DNA from: Capsulimonadaceae bacterium | Lineage (GTDB): Bacteria; Armatimonadota; Armatimonadia; Armatimonadales; Capsulimonadaceae | DNA: 64,000 nt | NCBI GenBank assembly: GCA_965215505.1 | Contig: OZ244065.1 | Location: 3,424,001 to 3,488,000, forward strand | Direction: 5' to 3' | Shown: in pieces, positions 39,065 through 47,633 of the stretch | How positions within the stretch are numbered: position 1 is the stretch's first letter | Layout of the letters: each line of letters opens with the position of its first letter | Program-made: the position numbers and the translations under genes | Notes under the pieces: model-generated | Told to the model about the DNA's origin: nothing | Databases searched by the model: none | The model's input: the letters and a program-made list of their open reading frames with translations, nothing else

Positions 39065-40828
39065 TCAGTCGCCCCGTTCGGGCGCACCCAGCAGGCCGAC
39101 CGCGCCGTCGAGCGCCGCGCGCCACTTCCAGCCCTGGAGAGTGAAGGTGACGCGCTGGCAGCCGCCGTCCGGATCCATCGCCAGCCAGGCCGTCCATTGG
39201 GCGTCCCCCAGGCGCAGGCGGCGGACCGCCTTGAGCGTGTCAGAGTCGCCGCTCGCCCGCCTGCCCTGGTCGTCCAGCAGCGCGGACAGGGCGCGGAAGT
39301 CGCCGAGGGCGACCAGGTCCGCCTGCTGCGCGCCCGCCGGGAGCTGCAAGGCGGGGTGCCCCGAGGGCGCGCGGAGCCAGTCCGGGTCCGAGCCGAAGGA
39401 GAGCCACCGCGCGCCAGGCTCCCAGCAGGGGCAGAGGGAGTAGCCCTGGGAGGGGGAATATGTCTCCTCCTTCGCCAGCCGGAACAGCCCGCCGTCCTTG
39501 CGGACCGGGTCGCCCTGACGACGCACCCACCCGGTCAGGTCGGCGGCGGCCTTTTGGGGGGCATCGGGGCCGTCCGCCTCGGCGGCGGCCACCGCCCCGA
39601 AGCCCCGGCCGGGCTGCCAGCTCACCCCCGCCCCGCACTGGCCGGTGAAGCGGCGCAGCGAGTCTTGCAGCGGCCCCGCCTGCGCCAGAGTCCGCTCGAA
39701 CTGCGCGCGCTGGTCGGCGTCCAGCGACTCCTCCGCCAGCGCCCGCGCGCGCGCCCACCAGCCGCTCGGGTCGTTGACCAGCAGGGCCGCGCCGGTCGAG
39801 TCGGGCAGCCGCGCCAGGGCCGCGCCGGTCACCGGCTGCGAGTCGCCCTTCAGCCTGCGCCAGAAGGCCCGCCCCGCCTCGGTCGTGGGGCAGGCGATGG
39901 TGTCAAGCTCCAGGCCCTCCCCTTTGTCCGAGAGCGCGCTGACCGTGATGTTCTGCGCGTAGGGCTTGTCCGCCCAGGCGCGCGTGGCCTCGGAGGACGC
40001 GAAGGGGGAGGACGAGGCCAGCGCGCCGGTGTCGGCCCCCGACCACAGGACGGGGGCGGCCGGCATCCGGCCCAGCGCCTTCTTCCAGGCGGGGTTCGAG
40101 GCCAGGGACGGCGTCCGCCCCGTCCAGGCATCCAGGGCCTTCTCCTCGGCCCCGTCCCCGATCCCGACGACGATCCAGCCGCGCACGAAGCCGCCCTTGA
40201 TGGTCAGGGCCGGGCCGTCCGAGGTGGGCGTCGTGGTCCCTTGCAGCGAGACGCCGTCGTGGGAGCTGTCCGTCCACGCCCCGCCCTTCCCCTGGGAGGC
40301 CGCACGGGAGCGCAGGCGCGACAGGCAGCGCGCGAAGGCGGCGTAGTCGCGCACCCGCGCGCAGACCACGATCTGCGGGCGGCGGGCGTCCGCCCGCAGC
40401 ACGGCCACCGCCACCTGGCCGACCCAGGGCGCGACGTCGTCTTCAAAGGAGAGGCCGGCCTCCTTTTCGGCCCGCGCGATGGCCTCCCGGACCGGCGGCT
40501 GTGCGCGCAGGCTCGCGCTCGTCCGCCACCACCAGGGCGTGTCCACGCTGACGATCGCGGCCGTGTCGGCGGGCAGCAGCGCCTCCAGCGGCGGCGACTG
40601 GTGCCACCAGGCATACGCCCCGCCGAGGACGCCCAGCAGCAGCAGCGCCCCCAAGGCCGCCCACAGCCGCCGGCGCGGCGGGCGCCTGGCGGCCTTCGCC
40701 TCGACGGCGGGCGGGTCCGAGACGTTCGGAGCGGGGACGTTCGGGTCCGGGAGGGTCAGCGGCTCGCCGCACCGGCGGCAGAACGCCGCCCCGTCCCGGC
40801 GCTCGGTCTCACAGACGGGGCAAGACAT
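39065..40828 (-). CDS. Zinc-ribbon plus TM plus DUF3352-like protein
   Basis: CPVC...FCRRCG, TM segment, LLPADT...FEDDVAPWVG. Confidence 0.75.
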   Translation of the reverse strand: MSCPVCETERRDGAAFCRRCGEPLTLPDPNVPAPNVSDPPAVEAKAARRPPRRRLWAALGALLLLGVLGGAYAWWHQSPPLEALLPADTAAIVSVDTPWWWRTSASLRAQPPVREAIARAEKEAGLSFEDDVAPWVGQVAVAVLRADARRPQIVVCARVRDYAAFARCLSRLRSRAASQGKGGAWTDSSHDGVSLQGTTTPTSDGPALTIKGGFVRGWIVVGIGDGAEEKALDAWTGRTPSLASNPAWKKALGRMPAAPVLWSGADTGALASSSPFASSEATRAWADKPYAQNITVSALSDKGEGLELDTIACPTTEAGRAFWRRLKGDSQPVTGAALARLPDSTGAALLVNDPSGWWARARALAEESLDADQRAQFERTLAQAGPLQDSLRRFTGQCGAGVSWQPGRGFGAVAAAEADGPDAPQKAAADLTGWVRRQGDPVRKDGGLFRLAKEETYSPSQGYSLCPCWEPGARWLSFGSDPDWLRAPSGHPALQLPAGAQQADLVALGDFRALSALLDDQGRRASGDSDTLKAVRRLRLGDAQWTAWLAMDPDGGCQRVTFTLQGWKWRAALDGAVGLLGAPERGD

Positions 40829-40868
40829 GGGGGCTACTCCTTCGCGTCAACTCCTTCGCGTCAGCGGT

Positions 40869-41552
40869 TCAGCGCGCACCGGCGGCCTTCCGCCGCCGCA
40901 CCGCCATGGCCCCGCCGCCCAGGGCCAGCAGCAAGCCGAGCGACAGGGCCGGGGACGCCTCGGGAACCGGGGCGGGCGTCACCGTCAGGCCGTTCGCGCC
41001 GGGCGGGGCGGGCTGCGGCGTCAGGCTGCCGTCCGGGTTGACCGAGATGTCCAGGACCGAGCCATCCGGGTTGTTGCTCAGGAGCTGGCTGCCGGAGTTG
41101 TCGAACAGCGTGAAGGCGAACAGGCTGCCCACCGGCGTCGGGTCGGGGCTGGTGAACGTGAGGGCGAAGCTGAGGGTTGTGCCGAACGTGACCCCCTGGA
41201 AAACCTCGTTGATGCCGGGGCTGTTGCTGATCCCCAAGGTCCCCGGCAGCGCCCCCGTCGCGCTCCCGCTGTCCGAGGACGCCCCCACCAGGGTGCCGTT
41301 CGTGGTGAAGCCCGTGACCTGCACGGACGCCGTCGACGTGCCGCTGCCGCCGGGGTTGAACTGGAAGTCCAGCCCGCCGGACGTGGTGTTCAGCGTGCGG
41401 GTGTTCAGGGTGACCAAATAGCGCGTCTGCGCCTGGGCCGCCGCCCCCAGGGTCAGGAGACCCAGCGCGCCGAGGGCCGAAGCCACCAGCGCCGCCGCCG
41501 ATGTCCGGCGGCGTGCCGCAGGCTTATCGGCCGTATGTCGTGATTGCTGCAT
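40869..41552 (-). CDS. PEP-CTERM-like surface protein (VPEAS variant)
   Basis: Signal peptide, LDFQFNPG, C-terminal VPEASPALSLGLLLALGGG..RRRK. Confidence 0.85.
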   Translation of the reverse strand: MQQSRHTADKPAARRRTSAAALVASALGALGLLTLGAAAQAQTRYLVTLNTRTLNTTSGGLDFQFNPGGSGTSTASVQVTGFTTNGTLVGASSDSGSATGALPGTLGISNSPGINEVFQGVTFGTTLSFALTFTSPDPTPVGSLFAFTLFDNSGSQLLSNNPDGSVLDISVNPDGSLTPQPAPPGANGLTVTPAPVPEASPALSLGLLLALGGGAMAVRRRKAAGAR

Positions 41553-41564
41553 GGTGCATTCCTT

Positions 41565-43808
41565 TCAGCGCGCGCCGGGGCCGGCGAGGATGCGCGGCGT
41601 ATAGTCGATCTGCGAGCTGCCGGTGTTGGTCAGTTGCAGGAGTACGGAAGTGGTCGCGCCCGCCGCCAGGCTCCCCGTTTGTACCGTGACGTAGGGGCTA
41701 CCCGCCGGGCCGGGCGCGTACTGGGTCGTGCCGGCGGCCCCGACAGCGGCGGCCACCGCCGTCAGGTTGTCCAGGGCCAGCGAGAGCGGGCCGGAGATGG
41801 CAGCGGCCCCGGTGTTGGTGATTGTGACCGTCTGCGAGTAGCGTTTGGTGAAGCGGTTGTAGTAGAAGCCCCCCCGGAACACGCTGACCTGGCTCGTCAC
41901 GTCCGTCGCCACCTGGGCGGGCAGGATGTTGGCCGTGCTGGTGACGGTGCCGGCGGGCGTGTTGTTCGGACCGCTGACCGTGGTGGTGACGATGAACATG
42001 CCGTAGGCGATGTAGGTGTGGCTGACGGTGACGTCGAAGACGCCCGCCGTGGTGGGGTCGGGGATGATGGTGCCGACGACCACCGAGCCGTCGCCCAGGC
42101 TGACGCTGGCGGCGAAGCTCGCGGCGGGCGTCGTGCCGGGCAGGAACTTGGCGACGACCTGCGTCCCGGTGCTGACGTTCTGGGTTCCCGCCACAAGGAA
42201 CTGGCCTTGGATGTTGAAGCCGCCGGCGGTGCCGGGGATCTCGTAGGCCCCCATGGAGGGCCGGGCGGGCAGCACGGGCCGGACCGTGCCCTCGATGTCG
42301 GTCAGCGGGACGCCCGGCCCGTTGGTGCCGACGTGGATGGCGGGTGAGGTGAGCCGCAGGTGTTCGTCGCCGGGGTCGCCGCTGCCGTTCGTGCCGGGGT
42401 TTCGGACGAACTGCGGGTCCATGTTGATGTTGCCTGCCCCGGTGTAGCCGCCCTGCACGTCGCTGTAGGTGACGGTCGGCCCGGCCGTGCCCCCGGCGCT
42501 GATCTCAGCTCCGGCGTCGCCGTAGAAGATGTCGTTGACCAGTCTGGCCGGGCCGGAGAGGAGGCATTCGGACACTGGCGGGGGGCTGCCGCCGAATATC
42601 GTGCCGCCCACGTTGCCGGTGAAGGTGGAGTTGATCAGCGTCAGGGTGCCGCCGTTATCCATCCCGCCGCCGTTATCCGATCCGTTGCCGACGACGAGGC
42701 AGTCGGTGATGGACGCCGTGCCGGAGTTTATGACGCCGCCGCCATATCCGGCGTTAGCGTTGCGTCCGAAAGGTCTGTAATTCACCGACGAGTTGCCGCT
42801 GAGGGTGCAGGCGCTCAAGGTCAGCGTGCCGCCGGTGTTATTGGACAGGCCGCCTCCGTAGATGGAAAAGTTGTTGGCCACGAGGGAGTTGTTGAGGGTC
42901 AGGCTGCCGGTATTGGAGGCGCCCCCCCCATCCCCGAATACCGTGCCGGCAAAAAAGCTTGTCGCGCCGTTGCCGCTGAGGGTGCAGGAGTTCAGGGTGG
43001 CCGTGCCGCTGTTGACGAGGCCGCCGCCGCTGACACTACCGTTGCCGCCGACATTGTTGCCGCTGATGAGGCAGCCCGTGGCCGTGAGCGTCCCACTGTT
43101 GGCGATGCCGCCTCCGCTTGCGGAAGAGCCTGAGTTCCCAGAAACGGTGCAACCGATCATGGTCAGGCTGGCACCGGACCCGTTGTTAATGCCTGCACCG
43201 TCGCCCGTGATAAAGGGGCCGCCCCCGCCTGTGACGGTGCAGCCGGTGAGCGTCAGGGTGGCCGTGTTCAGGATGTCGCCGCCGCCTCCAGGTTCGGGGA
43301 AGGGGATGGAGTAGGGGCTAGGAGAGCCGTTCGTTACGGTCAGGTTGCTGAAGACGACCGTCCCACCCGTGACGCTGAACACGCGCGAGGCGTTCGCGCT
43401 TTGTTGGCCGGAGACAGGGGGCGCGCCGCTGATGACGACCGTGGTGGCGGGCGCGGCCGGCCCGGCGATGGTGAGGCTGCCGGTGACCATCAGCTCGCCC
43501 GCCGTCAGCGTGATGGTGTCGGTGTTGGCCGTGCTGCTGTAGCCGGGGTCTGTGTTGGGGATGGCGAACGTGACCGTCCCGCCCGTCCCCGCCACCTGGG
43601 CGATGGCCGCGCGCAGCGAGCCGGGGGCGGTGTCGTCGGCGGTGCGGGTGACGACGTAGGAGGAGGCGGTGGCGGCGCGCGCCCTGGAAGTGAGGCCGGC
43701 CCACAGGCACAGGCCGAGTAGGGCGCACAGGGCGGCCCGGCCCATCGTAGGGACTGTCGTGAAGAAGGTCGTCGGGACAGTCCTGACGGCAACAGTGGGG
43801 TAGGTCAT
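41565..43808 (-). CDS. Secreted parallel beta-helix (Pmp/choice-of-anchor-Q-like) protein, paralog 1
   Basis: GSLRAAI, repeated GGG-x-x-N-x-G-T-L-T-L..N, GNINMDPQF, SMGAYE. Confidence 0.85.
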   Translation of the reverse strand: MTYPTVAVRTVPTTFFTTVPTMGRAALCALLGLCLWAGLTSRARAATASSYVVTRTADDTAPGSLRAAIAQVAGTGGTVTFAIPNTDPGYSSTANTDTITLTAGELMVTGSLTIAGPAAPATTVVISGAPPVSGQQSANASRVFSVTGGTVVFSNLTVTNGSPSPYSIPFPEPGGGGDILNTATLTLTGCTVTGGGGPFITGDGAGINNGSGASLTMIGCTVSGNSGSSASGGGIANSGTLTATGCLISGNNVGGNGSVSGGGLVNSGTATLNSCTLSGNGATSFFAGTVFGDGGGASNTGSLTLNNSLVANNFSIYGGGLSNNTGGTLTLSACTLSGNSSVNYRPFGRNANAGYGGGVINSGTASITDCLVVGNGSDNGGGMDNGGTLTLINSTFTGNVGGTIFGGSPPPVSECLLSGPARLVNDIFYGDAGAEISAGGTAGPTVTYSDVQGGYTGAGNINMDPQFVRNPGTNGSGDPGDEHLRLTSPAIHVGTNGPGVPLTDIEGTVRPVLPARPSMGAYEIPGTAGGFNIQGQFLVAGTQNVSTGTQVVAKFLPGTTPAASFAASVSLGDGSVVVGTIIPDPTTAGVFDVTVSHTYIAYGMFIVTTTVSGPNNTPAGTVTSTANILPAQVATDVTSQVSVFRGGFYYNRFTKRYSQTVTITNTGAAAISGPLSLALDNLTAVAAAVGAAGTTQYAPGPAGSPYVTVQTGSLAAGATTSVLLQLTNTGSSQIDYTPRILAGPGAR

Positions 43809-43887
43809 GGCGTCCTCCTGAGTAGTGGCCGCACTCCTGCGGCCTGGATGTCTGACGGGGATCGGGGAAGAGCCGGGAGGCCGCCGC

Positions 43888-44115
43888 CTAGAGTGTGTTT
43901 TCCAAATGCGAGAGTATTCTGAGAATTTTCCTCGTGAATCTCGCTCTTGACAGTATGCTTGCCCACCAAAACGGGTTCCTGTGACGGTCACAGCGCGCTC
44001 CGGCGAGTTTTCGCGGGGACTCAATGCCTCCGAAGGCGCTCCGGGGCTTGTAGAGCCTCCGAGTTTTGCGAGAAAATCCGCCTCTCACAGAAGCGATTTG
44101 GAAAACACACTCTAG
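43888..44115. mobile_element. MITE, 228 bp, with CTAG ends
   Basis: Perfect 20-bp inverted repeats CTAGAGTGTGTTTTCCAAAT / ATTTGGAAAACACACTCTAG; lower GC; no transposase. Confidence 0.85.
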
Positions 44116-44814
44116 CGCGTCCGCCGCGCGGAGGCGGCGCAGGGCCACGGCCCCGCCGCCCAGGGCCAGCAGCAGGCCCAGAGAAAGGGCCGGGGACGCT
44201 TCGGGCACTCCCGGCATCGTCACCGTCAGCGCCGTCGAGCTGGACACGAGCGTCTGACTCCCGCCGGGGTTGATCATGATGTCCAGGACGGAGCCGTCCG
44301 GGTTGACACCCAGCAGCGTTTTCGTCCCCGAGGCGTCGTACAGCGAGAAGGCGAACGTACTCCCCGCCCCCTTCCCCGTGGGCGCGGTGATCGCCGGGCC
44401 GGAGAAGGTAGTGAAGAAGCTGAGGGTGCTGCCGAAGGTGATGCCCTGGAACACATCGTTGTTGCTGCCGATGTTGGCGAGGGTCAGCGTCCCCGGCAGC
44501 GTGCCCGCGCCGCCGCCGGTGTCCTGGGCCGTCCCGGCCAGTGTGCCGGTCGTGGTGAAGCCGGTGACCTGGAGCAGGGCGTTCTGGGAGTCCGGCCCGC
44601 CGGGGTCGAACGCGAAGTCGAGGTTGCCCGCCGTGCCGGCCAGCGAGGAGGTGTCCAGGGTGATTTTATACTGTTGCGCTTGGGCCGCCGTCCCCAGCGT
44701 CAAGCTGCCCAGCGCGCTGAGGGCCAAAGCCCCCAGCATCAGGGCGGACATGAACGGCGTCGTGCGGCGGGTCGGCGTGCGGCGGCGCGTCTCGCGGCGT
44801 ATCAGGGGTGTCAT
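43888..44814 (-). CDS. PEP-CTERM-like protein (VPEAS), paralog 2; frame runs through the MITE
   Basis: LDFAFDPG and VPEASPALSLGLLLALGGG; homology ends near 44112. Confidence 0.8.
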   Translation of the reverse strand: MTPLIRRETRRRTPTRRTTPFMSALMLGALALSALGSLTLGTAAQAQQYKITLDTSSLAGTAGNLDFAFDPGGPDSQNALLQVTGFTTTGTLAGTAQDTGGGAGTLPGTLTLANIGSNNDVFQGITFGSTLSFFTTFSGPAITAPTGKGAGSTFAFSLYDASGTKTLLGVNPDGSVLDIMINPGGSQTLVSSSTALTVTMPGVPEASPALSLGLLLALGGGAVALRRLRAADALECVFQIASVRGGFSRKTRRLYKPRSAFGGIESPRKLAGARCDRHRNPFWWASILSRARFTRKILRILSHLENTL

Positions 44815-44861
44815 GCTTGTCTTCCTTCTCTGTCTTCTCTATCTTCCTTCTCTGTCTTCCT

Positions 44862-47093
44862 TCAGCGCACCCCCGGCCCGGCGAGGACGCGGGGGGTGTA
44901 GCCGAACCGGGCGGTGCCGGCGTAGGTGAACTGCACGCTGAGGTAGAGGGTCACGCCTGTCCCGAAGTCGGCGGTGCCGACGTTCTGGTAGGGGCTGCCC
45001 GCCGGGAGCGCGTACTGGGTCGTCCCGGCGGGGTTGACCAGGACGGCACCGGGTGTCAGGCCGTCCATGACCAGCGAGATCGGGCCGGCGATCGGGGGGC
45101 CGTAGTTGTAGAGCGTCACCAGTTGGATGTAGCCCCGGACGGCCCGGCTGTAGACCAGGCCGCCCCGGAGGATGCTGACCTGGGAGGTCACGTCCGCGGC
45201 GGGCTGGATGGCGGCCGTGCTGGTGACGGTGGCGGTGGGGGTGCCGCCCGGCCCGCTGATGACGACCGTGACGGTGAAGCTGCCGGCGATGACGTAGGTG
45301 TGGCCGGCGGTGACGTCGAAGACGCCCGCCGTGGCCGGGTCGGGGATGACCGTCCCCGCGACCGGGGCGGTGCCGTCGCCGAAGCTGACGGCGGCGGTGA
45401 AGCTCGCCCCCGGCGTGCCTCCGGGGGAGAATTTGGCGACGACCTGGGTGCCGGTGTTCTGGTTCGAGCCGCCGGTGACCGTGAAGCCGCCCTGGGCGCT
45501 GAAGCCGCCGGCCGCGCCGGGGACCTCGTAGGCGCCCATGGAGGGAGTGGCGGGGGCGGCGGGCCGGGGCTTGCCCTCGATGTCGGTCAGGGGGACGCCG
45601 GGCGCGTTGGTGCCGGCGTTGACGGCGGGGGAGGTCAGTTTCAGGTGTTCATCGCCGGGGTCGGCCGCCACATTGGAGAAGGCGGGGACGGGGTTGCGGG
45701 CGAACTGGGGGTCGAGGCTGATGTTGCCGGCGCCTGGGTAGCCGCGCAGCACGTCGGTATAGGTGACGGTCGGCCCGGTCGTGCCGGGGGCGGCGATGAT
45801 CTCGCTGAAGACCGCGAGGCCGTTTGGGCTGGCGGTGTCAAAATAGAAGATGTCGTTGACCAGCGTCGCCGGGCCGGACAGCAGGGCGCCCGCGGTGACG
45901 GCGGGCGGGTTGGCGGAGGGGGAGTAGAGGTCGTTGCCGGTGAAGGTGGAGTTGATGATGGTCAGCGTGCCCGCGTTGGACATGCCCGCGACGACGTAGC
46001 TGGAGTTGTCAACGACGAGGCAGTCGCTGATCTGCGCCGTCCCGGCTTTGGTGTTGAGGATGCCGCCGCCGGAGCCGGTGCGGGAGCCTTCGCCCGCGCG
46101 GTTGGTCGTGATGGTACAGGCGCTCAGGGTGAGGTTGCCGTCGGTGTTGTCGAGGCCGCCGCCGTTGTCGGCGCTGTTGGTGCTAACCAGGGTGCTGTTG
46201 AGGGTCAGGAGGGCGCCCGCCCCGCTGTTGAAGGCCCCGCCGCCGCCGACAGCGACGTTGCCCCCGAGGGTGCAGCCGTTCAGCGTGGCCGTGCCCGTGT
46301 TGAGCAGGCCGCCGCCGATCCCGGAGGCCGAGTTGCTGAGCAGAGAACTCCCTGTGGCCGTGAGCGTCCCCGCGTTCGCGATGCCGCCGCCGCTCGCGAA
46401 ATAGGCCACGTTGGCGGAGGCGGTGCAGTTGTTGAGCGTCAGGCTGGCGGTGTTGGCGATCGCGCCGCCGTTCTGGTAGGAAAGGTTGTTGTTCAGCGTG
46501 CAGTTGTTGAGCGTCAGGGCGGCGCTGTTCGAGAGGCCGCCGCCGCCGAATCCGGTCGGAGTGTACGAGAAGTTGTTGTCCACCGCGCAGTTGTTGAGCG
46601 TCAGGCTGGCGCTGTTCATGATGCCCCCGCCGCCGGTCAAGGACTCGCCGTTCGTGATCGTGAGGTTGCTGAAGGCGACCGTGCCCACCGTGACGATGAA
46701 CACGCCGAAATAGGTGTTCGTGGCCTGGGAGGAGGCGGTCGTCACGACGACTGCGGCGGCGGGCGCGACCGGCCCGACGATGTTCAGGCTGCCGGTGACC
46801 ATCAGCTCGCCCGCCGTCAGCGTGATGGTGTCGGTGTTGGCCGTGCTGCTGTAGCCGGGGTCTGTGTTGGGGATGGCGAACGTGACCGTCCCGCCCGTCC
46901 CCGCCACCTGGGCGATGGCCGCGCGCAGCGAGCCGGGGGCGGTGTCGTCGGCGGTGCGGGTGACGACGTAGGAGGAGGCGGTGGCGGCGCGCGCCCTCGG
47001 GGTGAGGCCGGCCCACAGGCACAGGCCGAGCAGGGCGCAGAGCGCGGCCCGGCTCATCGTGGAGATCATCTTCGGGGCGGTGGAACGGGTCAT
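44862..47093 (-). CDS. Secreted parallel beta-helix protein, paralog 2
   Basis: Same architecture as 41565-43808; GGAGGA RBS. Confidence 0.85.
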   Translation of the reverse strand: MTRSTAPKMISTMSRAALCALLGLCLWAGLTPRARAATASSYVVTRTADDTAPGSLRAAIAQVAGTGGTVTFAIPNTDPGYSSTANTDTITLTAGELMVTGSLNIVGPVAPAAAVVVTTASSQATNTYFGVFIVTVGTVAFSNLTITNGESLTGGGGIMNSASLTLNNCAVDNNFSYTPTGFGGGGLSNSAALTLNNCTLNNNLSYQNGGAIANTASLTLNNCTASANVAYFASGGGIANAGTLTATGSSLLSNSASGIGGGLLNTGTATLNGCTLGGNVAVGGGGAFNSGAGALLTLNSTLVSTNSADNGGGLDNTDGNLTLSACTITTNRAGEGSRTGSGGGILNTKAGTAQISDCLVVDNSSYVVAGMSNAGTLTIINSTFTGNDLYSPSANPPAVTAGALLSGPATLVNDIFYFDTASPNGLAVFSEIIAAPGTTGPTVTYTDVLRGYPGAGNISLDPQFARNPVPAFSNVAADPGDEHLKLTSPAVNAGTNAPGVPLTDIEGKPRPAAPATPSMGAYEVPGAAGGFSAQGGFTVTGGSNQNTGTQVVAKFSPGGTPGASFTAAVSFGDGTAPVAGTVIPDPATAGVFDVTAGHTYVIAGSFTVTVVISGPGGTPTATVTSTAAIQPAADVTSQVSILRGGLVYSRAVRGYIQLVTLYNYGPPIAGPISLVMDGLTPGAVLVNPAGTTQYALPAGSPYQNVGTADFGTGVTLYLSVQFTYAGTARFGYTPRVLAGPGVR

Positions 47094-47336
47094 GTCGTCC
47101 TCCTCGGAACGCCGCAGTCGCACGGCGGGAGCGATGCCCTGGGGCGTCCTCGGTGACTGAAGATCGTAGCTTTGGTACATTTGTTTCCTGCATGATCCAT
47201 GCCAAAGCAGGTATTTTTATATGGAAAATAATATATATTTTCGGGCGACGACGTGGCTGAAACGGGGAGCAGGTTTGCGTCCCGGCGTATGGGCCGGGCG
47301 CGTGTGGGGGAGGCCAATCGGCCCCGGCCTACGGCA

Positions 47337-47562
47337 GCCCCGGCGCTAAACCGCCGGCCTACACAGATGGGCCGCCCACTTTGGGGCTTCGGAAAGAGAA
47401 CGCGGCAGGACGAAGAGGGCGCGGCAAGCGGTGCCCCTACAAACTTGGATGATGCCATCCATAGCCCCGAAGGGGCGGCCCACCGGCGGAGCCAGGAGTA
47501 CCCCAATGAAACCCTAGACCGGCCCTTCAGGGCCGGGGACTGCGCGGGTCGGGGACTGCGCG
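47337..47562. repeat. REPIN-like family C copy with nested CTAC-REP (47416-47440) and terminal duplication
   Basis: Matches 16167-16320; CGGGGACTGCGCG twice at the right end. Confidence 0.82.
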
Positions 47563-47633
47563 CGCCCAGACCAACGCAGCGAGGTGCCTCTCCCGCCAGC
47601 AGTCCGGCAGCGGCAATCGGGTACACTGTCCGC

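Noticed and set aside
43474-46997. Diversity-generating retroelement TR/VR pair
   Set aside because: The block is identical with no adenine-specific mismatches, lies at the N-terminus, and no reverse transcriptase is present.
47253-47633. N-terminal extension of GH92, and likewise the track starts at 27265, 21574, 44024, 17974 and 58540
   Set aside because: The extensions translate REP, MITE or promoter DNA; downstream starts have an RBS or -10 box and, where expected, a signal peptide.
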